In this document: one piece after another, positions 9,698 through 17,344 of the stretch | How the letters are laid out: each line of letters starts with the position of its first letter | Numbering within the stretch: the stretch's first letter is position 1 | Virus record (IMG/VR): IMGVR_UViG_3300032225_002837 | Span: 1-34,669 of that record | Direction: 5' to 3' (one strand) | DNA length: 34,669 nucleotides | From: a virus | Lineage: Duplodnaviria > Caudoviricetes | Translations under genes and position numbers: made by a program | The notes under the pieces: generated by a model | Told to the model about the DNA's origin: nothing | The model's input: only the letters and a program-made list of their open reading frames with translations | The model's database searches: none

Positions 9698-10237
9698 GCC
9701 CGCTTCGCGGTCGCGGTAATCCTCCCCGGCGCAGTCCGCGCCCTCCTCGTGGGCCAGCGCGGCCGTGAGCACAAAGAGCCGGTCCATCGGCAGGTCGAGC
9801 GCGGCGTCGAGGTCTAGGTGCAATCCGCCCACCGCCCGCGCGATCAGCCGCGCCACCCAGCCCAGCCCGTCTTCCGCGCGCGGCGTGGTCGGGCCGTGAC
9901 TCGGGAATTTCATCGGCATCACGGTGGAAAACCCCCGCGCCACCTCGTTCCGGAGTTCCTCCAGCGCGGCGGGGAGTTCTCCGGCAGGCGGGATGTCCCG
10001 CCCCGGAAACAGGATGTTCCAGGCGAGGAAAAACGCCTCCCCCATCGCCTCGGGATTCTCGTGCGGCCAGCGCCCGTCGAGCAGCGGCGAGCCGTGCTCC
10101 TCCAGCAGCAGAAAGCGCCGCAGCGTCAACGCCCCGGGCGTTCCCGCGAACGCCCGCCGCACCACCGCCGGCGTGCGGGGGTCCGCACGCCGCGCCGCGA
10201 TGCGCTCCGCTTCGGCCTCAAGTTGGTCAATCGTCAT
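9605..10237 (-). CDS. Tail assembly chaperone
   Basis: Lies between tube and TMP. C-terminal part has a gpT/E'-like LDAALDLPMDRL segment. Confidence 0.7.
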   Translation of the reverse strand: MTIDQLEAEAERIAARRADPRTPAVVRRAFAGTPGALTLRRFLLLEEHGSPLLDGRWPHENPEAMGEAFFLAWNILFPGRDIPPAGELPAALEELRNEVARGFSTVMPMKFPSHGPTTPRAEDGLGWVARLIARAVGGLHLDLDAALDLPMDRLFVLTAALAHEEGADCAGEDYRDREAGLQTTPHPDRHSEPEQGRSEQDQQCQDSQHN

Positions 10238-10251
10238 GGGTTTTTTGTTAG

Positions 10252-10290
10252 ATTCGTCCGATCCGTCCGATCCGTCGGATCAGACAGATC
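10252..10290. repeat. 9-bp tandem repeat (ATCCGTCCG-type, ~4 copies)
   Basis: attcgtccg atccgtccg atccgtcgg atcagacag in the intergenic gap. Confidence 0.7.
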
Positions 10291-10297
10291 ATCTCCC

Positions 10298-11023
10298 TCA
10301 TTCCGTCAGGCCGGGGATCAGCAGCCCCTCGATCACCACCGAGCGCATCTGCTGCTTTTGGAATTTGTATTCCGAGCTGGTGATGCGGAACCCGCCGAAG
10401 AGGTCCAGTTCTTCGCCGAGTTCGGGTTTTGCGGCATTGGTGAGCATCTCGATGGTCGCGGTGGCCTCATAGCCGTAGAGCGCCAGCATGGTGATTTTGC
10501 CATCCTTGTCCTCCTCCTCCTGCACCTGCACGCTCTCGGAGATCGAGCAGCTTTGCACGATGCCTGCCAGAGGACCCTCGATCCCCTCCACGCCCCACCA
10601 CACCTTGTTGGCGGGCAGTTGCAACGGCCCGGCCAAGCGTGTCAGGGTGATCGAGCCCTGCGTGATGTCGCCTTCGCCCGAAGCGCCCAGGTCGGGATAG
10701 TGGGTGGCCTGTGCCTCCATCGTCATTGCCGAGCCCCGCTGCCAGCGCGCCGAGGATTGGGTGACGAGGATTTTTCCTCCCGAGACGCCGGTGATCGTGA
10801 GTTCGTTCCCCGCCCGCACTACCAGGCTCGTCACACCGCCCTCCGGGGTGCTGGAAAAGGAAATCTCCCCCTTGCGCCCGTGCAGGATCACCGCCACAAG
10901 GTCTTCCACGCCCATGATCTTCTCGACCTGGTCCGCCGTCTTGTAGCTGAACGATTCGCAGATGCCCCCGATCGGATTCGGCGCATCCACCGTGCTGAAT
11001 TTGATGTCTCCGTATAGTTTCAT
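10298..11023 (-). CDS. Major tail tube protein (internally duplicated)
   Basis: Immediately upstream of chaperone and TMP. Beta-rich, with two similar halves. Confidence 0.7.
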   Translation of the reverse strand: MKLYGDIKFSTVDAPNPIGGICESFSYKTADQVEKIMGVEDLVAVILHGRKGEISFSSTPEGGVTSLVVRAGNELTITGVSGGKILVTQSSARWQRGSAMTMEAQATHYPDLGASGEGDITQGSITLTRLAGPLQLPANKVWWGVEGIEGPLAGIVQSCSISESVQVQEEEDKDGKITMLALYGYEATATIEMLTNAAKPELGEELDLFGGFRITSSEYKFQKQQMRSVVIEGLLIPGLTE

Positions 11024-11187
11024 TGTGTCTTTACTCCGCGAACCTCATCGTGTTTTCCCGCCCTCCGGGCCGTTCGGCGGCGTTCGCGATGCCAGCCGCT
11101 TCGTCCCGGTCGGCCCGTGTCCTCCACGAGCCCTTTGAATTTTTTCTCATTACAGGTCTCCGCTTTCCTCATCTCCGTGCTCTGTGG

Positions 11188-11346
11188 TCAATCAGCCGGC
11201 TTCGGAGGCAAGGCCGCCAAATCCACTTCATCTATCGGTTTGGCGATGGTCCCCTCCGGTGGCTGCCATTGAGAAAGGTCTCCGTTCCAAACGACTTGGT
11301 TGACCAGCCAGCCGCCCTCAATGCTGATGATTGCGTAGGTATCCAT
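11188..11346 (-). CDS. Small fibre-associated protein (52 aa, MDTYAIISIEGGWLVNQVVWNGD...)
   Basis: Not in the track. Starts 3 bp after the glycine-rich gene. The YAII..G.xVNxVVW pattern is typical of small partners of glycine-rich phage fibre proteins. Confidence 0.75.
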   Translation of the reverse strand: MDTYAIISIEGGWLVNQVVWNGDLSQWQPPEGTIAKPIDEVDLAALPPKPAD

Positions 11347-11349
11347 GTG

Positions 11350-12249
11350 TTAAAAATAGGTTATGATAACTGCCATCCCTGCTCCACCCGTGCCGCCTGC
11401 CCCACTATCCGTAGCCTCAGACGCACCGCCACCTCCACCACCAGATGACGGGAATCCACCAGCACCACCATTATTTTGAACGGTTCTTGAAGCTGCCGCG
11501 CCACCCCCGCCCGAACCAACAGCAACTAAACCATTCACGGCATTCGTATTGTTTGTCCCTGCATTGCCCAGCGGCCCACCGGGTAAATTCAAAAGGTTGC
11601 TCCTGCCGCCATTGCTGGAATTGCCAATGACAGGTGTTGTTGCATTGCTAATGCCGCCCCCGCCGCCACCACCAGCACCGCCCATAAAATGACCATTGCC
11701 TATGACCGTTGGAAAACCAGACGATCCACTTCCGACATTGCCTTGAGAGCCGTTGTTTGCGTTCAGTGAACCAGTTCCGCCACCCCCGATTGATGATGAT
11801 CCCCCGACTCCACCTGCTCCACCTGTTGCGACATAGGTTATTGTGCCAGAAACCCCAGTTCCAAAAATTGTTGAGCCGCCAGCGGTTCCGTTCATGCTGG
11901 ATTGTTCTAAGGGAGTATTGCCATTTGTTGCTGATGGAGTTCCGCCAGCCCCACCCGCGCCAATAGTTATGTTGATTGGTGTTGCTGGCAATACAGACGC
12001 GGGGATTGATACATTCAAATACCCTCCACCGCCACCGCCACCGCCACCAGATCGGTTTGTCAAATTAGCATTTTTATTACCTGCCCCTCCTCCACCGCCA
12101 CCAGCTAAAAGTTGGATGTTTACAACTTTTGCACCCGATGGTTTTGTCCATGTTCCACTTGCTGTAAAAATTTGAATGTCTGCCGCCGCTCCGGTGCGCG
12201 TGCCGCCGCCCTCCGTGAGGAGCGTGTTTCCAAGATAGATTTTAGGCAT
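11350..12249 (-). CDS. Glycine-rich tail fibre/adhesin domain protein
   Basis: FTASGTWTKPSGAKVVNIQLLAGGGGGG ... GGAGMAVIITY is the typical glycine-rich phage domain. AT-richer codon usage. Confidence 0.85.
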   Translation of the reverse strand: MPKIYLGNTLLTEGGGTRTGAAADIQIFTASGTWTKPSGAKVVNIQLLAGGGGGGAGNKNANLTNRSGGGGGGGGGYLNVSIPASVLPATPINITIGAGGAGGTPSATNGNTPLEQSSMNGTAGGSTIFGTGVSGTITYVATGGAGGVGGSSSIGGGGTGSLNANNGSQGNVGSGSSGFPTVIGNGHFMGGAGGGGGGGISNATTPVIGNSSNGGRSNLLNLPGGPLGNAGTNNTNAVNGLVAVGSGGGGAAASRTVQNNGGAGGFPSSGGGGGGASEATDSGAGGTGGAGMAVIITYF

Positions 12250-12253
12250 AATT

Positions 12254-12514
12254 TTAAGTGATGATATACAATGTGTTTTGATCTCTGGTGGCCGCGTCGT
12301 ATTCCTCCTGCGTGAGGTGTCGGATCGCCTTCACCCCCCCGCCATTGGCCACCGCGCCGATTTCCTCCGGCCCCAAGGGATCCGACCCGCCCGTGGCATG
12401 GTTGCTTTTGTGGCTCTGCGGAGGAAAGGCTTGCGGCTTGCCGTAGATTTCGCCCCACGAAACCCCGGTTGCGGGAGGCGGTTCGGCACCTGTCGAGACG
12501 GCGAGGAAGCTCAT
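12254..12514 (-). CDS. Short upper tail-fibre-like protein (86 aa)
   Basis: Start MSFLAV with ATGA overlap. Motifs VSWGEIYGKP and HATGGSDPL, and C-terminal LTQEEYDA..TLYIIT. Confidence 0.75.
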   Translation of the reverse strand: MSFLAVSTGAEPPPATGVSWGEIYGKPQAFPPQSHKSNHATGGSDPLGPEEIGAVANGGGVKAIRHLTQEEYDAATRDQNTLYIIT

Positions 12515-12723
12515 GGTCCGGTGATGAGGTAGAGGGTTTTTGTGTTGGTCGCTCCCGAGGCCACGAGGGCGTCGTAGGCCGCCTGCTCCAGCCACACGAT
12601 GTTCTCGACGGCCTGCGCGCCGGTGATCCCTGTGGGGTCGCTGCCCACGCATTGCAGGTTCTGACGCGCCCCGGAGGGCGTGTCGGCTCCCGTGCCGCCC
12701 ATGCTGATGGAAAGTCTCGTCAT
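12511..12723 (-). CDS. Short fibre-like protein (70 aa)
   Basis: Start MTRLSISMGGTGADTPSGARQNL with ATGA overlap. C-terminal LEQAAYDAL..TLYLIT. Confidence 0.75.
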   Translation of the reverse strand: MTRLSISMGGTGADTPSGARQNLQCVGSDPTGITGAQAVENIVWLEQAAYDALVASGATNTKTLYLITGP

Positions 12724-13556
12724 GGCAGGGCGAGGATCAGGATTTTCACGCCGGCCGGGGGAGCCGCTGTGAAGTTGATTGTGTTTGTGCTCATGGTGAA
12801 ATCCACGCCCGGGTCCTGCAACAGGCCCGACACGGCGACCAGATAGCGCTTGGCCACGGCGTCCGTGTAGCCCTGCACAGGCGAAAATGCCTTGCTCAGC
12901 CCATCCCCCGTGAAGACCGTGCGGACCGGGGCCCGCCCCGCCCCTACGAGGTCGCTGGCGTTTCCCGAAAAGAGAGCGGGTTTGCCGGTGAGGTCGCTGT
13001 AGTTGCCGGAGAAAAGCACGGGCTTGTCGGCCAGATCGTTCCAGCTTCCCGAAAAGAGAGCGGGTTTGCCTGCGAGATCGCTGTAGTTTCCGGAGAAAAG
13101 CGCGGGCCTGTCGGCCAGATCGTTCCAGCTTCCCGAAAAGAGAGCGGGTTTGCCGGTGAGGTCGCTGTAGTTTCCGGAGAAAAGCGCGGGCTTGTTGGCG
13201 AGATCGTTCCAGCTTCCCGAAAAGAGAGTGGGTTTGCCCGCGAGATCGCCGTAGTTGCCGGTGGCTGCCACCGTCGAGAGGCCTAGCGAGGCGGTGAAAT
13301 TCCCCGCTGCCTCGGTGCGCAGAAGGCCATCGCCTCCCACTGTGAGGAAGGTGCCCGGAGTCAGCCGGAGCGTGCGCTCCTGGAAATTCCCATCCGCGCC
13401 CTTCCGCAGATAAACCCAATCCCCCTCGGCAGCCTCGATTCCAGCCATCGGCAGCCAAAGCCCCAAAACCAGCGCGAGGCATCTCCCAAGGCCCATGCCC
13501 CCCGGAACTCTCTCAGTGCTCTCTGTGTGCTCTGTGGTCAATCCCCTCGTTACCAT
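12720..13556 (-). CDS. Fibre-shaft repeat protein with signal-peptide-like N-terminus (start 13556 or 13496)
   Basis: LSTVAATGNYGDLAGKP followed by 13-aa repeats. C-terminal FTGDG..VSGLLQDPGVDFT..INFTAAP beta domain. Confidence 0.8.
   Translation of the reverse strand: MVTRGLTTEHTESTERVPGGMGLGRCLALVLGLWLPMAGIEAAEGDWVYLRKGADGNFQERTLRLTPGTFLTVGGDGLLRTEAAGNFTASLGLSTVAATGNYGDLAGKPTLFSGSWNDLANKPALFSGNYSDLTGKPALFSGSWNDLADRPALFSGNYSDLAGKPALFSGSWNDLADKPVLFSGNYSDLTGKPALFSGNASDLVGAGRAPVRTVFTGDGLSKAFSPVQGYTDAVAKRYLVAVSGLLQDPGVDFTMSTNTINFTAAPPAGVKILILALP
12950..13262 (-). repeat. 39-bp/13-aa tandem repeats, about 8 units alternating SGNYSDLxGKP and SGSWNDLAxKP (78-bp higher-order unit)
   Basis: Directly visible in DNA and protein. 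Confidence 0.9.
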
Positions 13557-14158
13557 GTCGCGATCGCGGCGCGTTTCCATTGCGTCCAGCCTCCTTGGAA
13601 TGTGTAGATGTGCGTGTCGGTGGCGGCCTGGTAGAGGCCGCTCGCGGGCGGCAACCCGCCCGGGAACATGAAAAAGTCGGTTTGGTGCGCGGGCGCGTCG
13701 GCGAGGTATTGCACCACCGGCCGGGGCAGGGCCGGGGCCGGGGTGGGGGAGACTTCGTTTCCGCGCCACACTTTTTGAGCCACCACGAGGTCCATGGTTT
13801 GCGTGGAGCGCGTCTTGCCCTCCACCGACCAGGTGATTTCGGCCATCAGGGTCACCTCGGCCGTCTCGTTCGGCAGAAGCGCGGCGAGTTCCTCGGTGTC
13901 CGTCTCGATGGAAAACCTCCAGCCGCTGCCCGAAGCCGCCGGAGCGCTCCATTCGCCGTAGAGGATGGGATGGATGCTCGAGAAGGCCCCCTTCGGCTTG
14001 GCGACGAATTTACCGGTCGCCGAGGCCGCGAGGGTCGCCGAGGGCACGACTTCGATCTCCAGCGTGTCGCCACGCTTCGCGTCCAGCCGCCGCAAGGGCT
14101 GGGTGGCCCCGCCCTGGGCCGTGAGACGGCCCGTTTCGATGTTCAAGTAGGTTTTCAT
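13550..14158 (-). CDS. BppU-like fibre attachment protein
   Basis: N-terminal RLDAKRGDTLEIEV and MAEITWS..RSTQT motifs. Heads the fibre cassette. Confidence 0.6.
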   Translation of the reverse strand: MKTYLNIETGRLTAQGGATQPLRRLDAKRGDTLEIEVVPSATLAASATGKFVAKPKGAFSSIHPILYGEWSAPAASGSGWRFSIETDTEELAALLPNETAEVTLMAEITWSVEGKTRSTQTMDLVVAQKVWRGNEVSPTPAPALPRPVVQYLADAPAHQTDFFMFPGGLPPASGLYQAATDTHIYTFQGGWTQWKRAAIATW

Positions 14159-14159
14159 G

Positions 14160-14594
14160 TCATTGCCTCATTTGCGCCGCCGTCTTCCAGGTGATCTCGC
14201 GGATGGTCAGGCCCGCCTCGTCGAGGCGCTGGATGCGGTGCTCGCCCAGCGGTTCGGCCAGCAGGCCATCCAGGTCGGTGTCCGCCAGCGCCATCACCAC
14301 GAGGTCGCGCAAGGCGGCACCGTCGATCCCGGTTGCGTTCACCACCGGGTCTTCCGCCACATGCACCACCAGCTCGGCCTGGTCGTAGAAGTGGGGAATC
14401 GCCCCGGCCAGCGCATGCACCGGCTCGAAGGGCAGCACCACCACGCACAACCCGACCAGTCCCACGCTGCGCTCGATCTCGCTCTCGGGCGCCCCGCGCT
14501 CATAGGCCACCACGGCCACGCTCGAGGGAATCTCCGTGGAGGTGCGGATTCGTTCGGCGGCGGCTTCGGAAATGGCTTGGAATTGCGATTTCAT
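14160..14594 (-). CDS. Tail terminator/neck protein (Mu gp37-like by position)
   Basis: 144 aa, start MKSQF overlapping the gpG stop, alpha/beta pattern. Confidence 0.6.
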   Translation of the reverse strand: MKSQFQAISEAAAERIRTSTEIPSSVAVVAYERGAPESEIERSVGLVGLCVVVLPFEPVHALAGAIPHFYDQAELVVHVAEDPVVNATGIDGAALRDLVVMALADTDLDGLLAEPLGEHRIQRLDEAGLTIREITWKTAAQMRQ

Positions 14595-15193
14595 GCCCGT
14601 TGCAACGCCTCCACATAGGTGCGCGCCACCATCAGCGCCGCGTTGGTCAATTTCGTGCTGCTCGGCAGGGCTCGGGGATCCGGCGCCTGGGTCACGCTTT
14701 TCACGAGAAGGTATTGCGCCTCGCCGCCCCGGATGCGTCCGCCGCCACCCTTGCGCCCGAGGCTGCTGTGCAGGTTCTCCACGAGGAGAGCCGCCTTCGG
14801 CGTCTTCACGAGGCTCAGCCCCGCCCCGCTCCACAAGCCCGGCCGGCCCGTCCGGTAGGCCCGGGCCGTCAAGGGAATCGCCAGGTATTTGCCCCGCTGG
14901 GCGCGGATCGTTCCGCCATAGAGCTTCTGGGCGAACTCGCGGCTGGCGATCGCCACGCTGGCCTCCTCCTCGGTGGCGCTTTCAAAGGCCGTCGCCTTGC
15001 GCACCACGCGGTTCCAAAAATTCCTCTTCGGCCACCCCTTGGCATTCCCCTCCGTGTTGCGCGCGGCGAAATGCTCGCGCAGGCGAACCTCCACCGCCTT
15101 GCCCATCCTCTCCAGAAGCGGCTTGCGCCTCCGCAAGGCCGCCAGCATCCCCCGCAGCCGGGGCGTCGCGTTGTCTTCGAGTTCGATCGTCAT
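14591..15193 (-). CDS. Virion morphogenesis protein (Mu gpG/gp31, tail-completion-like)
   Basis: MTIELEDNATPRL..LLERMG..; YGGTIRAQRGKYLAIPL; YLLVKSVT..P. Confidence 0.8.
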   Translation of the reverse strand: MTIELEDNATPRLRGMLAALRRRKPLLERMGKAVEVRLREHFAARNTEGNAKGWPKRNFWNRVVRKATAFESATEEEASVAIASREFAQKLYGGTIRAQRGKYLAIPLTARAYRTGRPGLWSGAGLSLVKTPKAALLVENLHSSLGRKGGGGRIRGGEAQYLLVKSVTQAPDPRALPSSTKLTNAALMVARTYVEALQRA

Positions 15194-15402
15194 GGCTGGC
15201 CCTCCCGTGCGTCGCGAAGGGTTTTCTCCCAGGCACCTTTCAGCGTTGCCAAATCTCCGCTGCCGGAACTCGAGCCGCTCAAGGAATAACCGTCCTGGCA
15301 AACGATCATAACGGCTTGCCTTAGCCCGTCCCGTGCGATCTGCTTCTGGATGCGGGTCGCAATGTCCCGTATCTCAAACCCCAACGATTCATCTATTAGC
15401 AT
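15190..15402 (-). CDS. Hypothetical 70-aa protein (MLIDESLGFEIRDIA...); 3' part of ORF 15190-15786
   Basis: Protein-like composition. TGA overlaps the gpG ATG. The frame is also open from an SD-preceded ATG at 15786. Confidence 0.45.
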   Translation of the reverse strand: MLIDESLGFEIRDIATRIQKQIARDGLRQAVMIVCQDGYSLSGSSSGSGDLATLKGAWEKTLRDAREGQP

Positions 15403-15405
15403 AAT

Positions 15406-15774
15406 ATGGCCTCCCCACAGGGAATCGAATTCTCCAAACAACGCTTCACCTTGCAGCGGCTCCTCAACGAATGTTTCGCCACAGCGGAAGTCGCCTTGGA
15501 TGTCCACTTCGATGAACTCAAAGCCGACCTGCACGGCCTCACCGGCCCCTTGCTGGAAAGCACCATCGCCAACCAACACCTCATCCACACGCGCCGGTAT
15601 GGTGCCGACGAGGTCGGATACATCATCGCCGCCGACCACAATTGGGTGCCCTTGGTGTTCGTGACTTCCTCGCTGGCTGACCCGCTCCGCTTCGAGATGG
15701 ATCCGGAAATGAACCAATTCGCCCATGTCCGCAAAGCCTTGGTCGCCGCCATCAAAGCCGCAACGAAAGCTTGA
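15406..15774 (+). CDS. Antisense moron, hypothetical 122-aa protein
   Basis: C-ending codon bias on the plus strand. The minus frame over it looks like a shadow translation. Confidence 0.7.
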   Translation: MASPQGIEFSKQRFTLQRLLNECFATAEVALDVHFDELKADLHGLTGPLLESTIANQHLIHTRRYGADEVGYIIAADHNWVPLVFVTSSLADPLRFEMDPEMNQFAHVRKALVAAIKAATKA

Positions 15775-15789
15775 AAGCAGGCCCATGGC

Positions 15790-15818
15790 TTGACCTCCCG
15801 GCTGTCCAAGTGGAAAAT
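15790..15818 (+). promoter_or_regulatory. Putative sigma70 promoter convergent on MuF
   Basis: TTGACC-N17-GAAAAT. Confidence 0.45.
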
Positions 15819-15824
15819 GTCTCT

Positions 15825-15897
15825 GCCTAACCGGGTGCCAGCAGCGGCCATACCCGGAGCGGAGCCCAGGGCGGCTGCTCGCCTGTTTCGGGCTTTT
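15825..15897 (+). ncRNA. Candidate ~73-nt hairpin sRNA (or terminator)
   Basis: Nested pairs GCCT/GGGC, AAC/GTT, GGGTG/CGCCT, AGCAGC/GCTGCT, followed by TTTT. Begins 7 nt after the putative -10. Confidence 0.4.
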
Positions 15898-17202
15898 CTA
15901 CGGGCGGGCATATAAAAGCCTCCCTTCGCGGTGTTTGTCCCCTCGGCGCGACACATCCGAGGTGCTGATAAAGCTTTCCAGCCGTCCGTCTTTTAATTCC
16001 CAAGCATGGAGAACGCGTGTCTTCGTTTCATCTCTTGTCACATGGATGAATGTGCGAGTGCCTGTTCGCTCATTTTCCCAAATCTCATGAGGGCTACGAA
16101 TGGCATCCTCAGCAGAGGCCAAGAATCGAAGCCTGTTTTCCACATCGAGTTTCGATTTCCCCTTTTCCTCCCAGTGTTCCAGAACATTCGGCCCGAAGGT
16201 TGCCGTGTCTCCGAGGGGAGTTGGCACTTCGTAAGTTCCAGAAAGTTTTTTTCTGGCCTCGGCCACCTCCATTTTCGGCGAGGAATCGTCGGCTGGAATT
16301 TTTGAGGCAGGCCGGAGATTGAGGGTTTCCCATGTTCCGACTCGTCCGATCTTGCTGCTGATCGTTGCATCGCCTCCTCCGACCCATTTCAGCACTTCGC
16401 CCTCGAGCACCGCGCGGCCCTCGAAATCCTTGAGAATCGTCTCCCGGATGCCGGGCGAATAACGAACCACGCTCTTCTGCAAGGCGTCGTTGAAGCCGAC
16501 CACGGGCGGGGTGATGCCTTCGCCGGGGGCGAGCACGCCGAGGCGTTCGGCCTCTTGGCGGGAAATGTCGCGCACCTCCATGCCGGAGTTGAAATCGAAG
16601 GGCGGGAAGGGCGTGCCGAAGGCCGAGATGCCCACCCACACCGGATCATCCTTGGCCGCGATCATGCGGCCGCCTTCGAAGAACCGGCCGCCGGCGCGTT
16701 GCCAGCGCTCGCGCCAATTGCGCGGCACCTGCCGCTCCTCCCCACGGTAAAGCTCCCGGGCGGGAAATTCGTCGAGCGTGTCGGCGGTCTCCGCCTTGAA
16801 GCGGGCAAATTCCTGCGCCTGCTCGGTGTTGATGTCGAAAATGAGCCCGAGCCGTCCCGTGGAGGTCATGTCCCGCAGGCTGCCCTCCCGGCCCGCCGGG
16901 GGCACATAGCCGGAGGCCACCAGCCGGTCCCGCATCTCGGTGATGAAATTCTCGCGGTTCACCAGCAGATCCCCGCGCTCCATCGCCCGGCGCTCGAGGC
17001 CGAGCCGCCCGCCGATCATGTCGTGCATGGCCTGGAGCACATCGGCCCGCGCGAAACGGGCGCTCCAAAAGGCGCGCTCCCTCAGCGCCAGCGGCACCTC
17101 GCTCCATTCGGCGCTCGTGAGCGCCTTCGCCACCGGGGTCTTGCGATTCATCCGCGCCACCGCCTCGCCCAGGGGCCGGATGGGAATTTCCGCCCGGCTC
17201 AT
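15898..17202 (-). CDS. MuF (gp30-like minor head protein) with C-terminal PBECR2-like nuclease domain
   Basis: MuF motifs RLGLIFDINT and DDPVW..PPFDFNSG. Lower-GC C-terminus with AIRSPHEIWE..RTFI..REGRLLYAR. Likely start MSRAE at 17202. Confidence 0.8.
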   Translation of the reverse strand: MSRAEIPIRPLGEAVARMNRKTPVAKALTSAEWSEVPLALRERAFWSARFARADVLQAMHDMIGGRLGLERRAMERGDLLVNRENFITEMRDRLVASGYVPPAGREGSLRDMTSTGRLGLIFDINTEQAQEFARFKAETADTLDEFPARELYRGEERQVPRNWRERWQRAGGRFFEGGRMIAAKDDPVWVGISAFGTPFPPFDFNSGMEVRDISRQEAERLGVLAPGEGITPPVVGFNDALQKSVVRYSPGIRETILKDFEGRAVLEGEVLKWVGGGDATISSKIGRVGTWETLNLRPASKIPADDSSPKMEVAEARKKLSGTYEVPTPLGDTATFGPNVLEHWEEKGKSKLDVENRLRFLASAEDAIRSPHEIWENERTGTRTFIHVTRDETKTRVLHAWELKDGRLESFISTSDVSRRGDKHREGRLLYARP

Positions 17203-17344
17203 GGGGTGAACCCCCCGGTTGACAGTCGCACCCCGTTTGCCGTTGCCAGTGCAAAACGCGTGCAAGGCCGTGCAAAATCGTTTTTATCCCCCGGGAGGCC
17301 CATGGCCCCGGTCGGGGTGGGGAAACGCGGTTTAACGCCCGTTT

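Noticed and set aside
9920-9940. Slippery GGGTTTT in the tail chaperone gene as a programmed -1 frameshift
   Set aside because: The ORF already reads GGG-TTT-T and is open throughout, so the heptamer is not in the X-XXY-YYZ register.
11020-11172. Possible 39- or 50-codon minus-strand ORFs before the tail tube gene
   Set aside because: Two competing frames, neither protein-like. Cannot be supported.
12950-13262. CRISPR-like periodic repeats
   Set aside because: In-frame coding repeats of 39/78 bp with no unique spacers and no cas genes.
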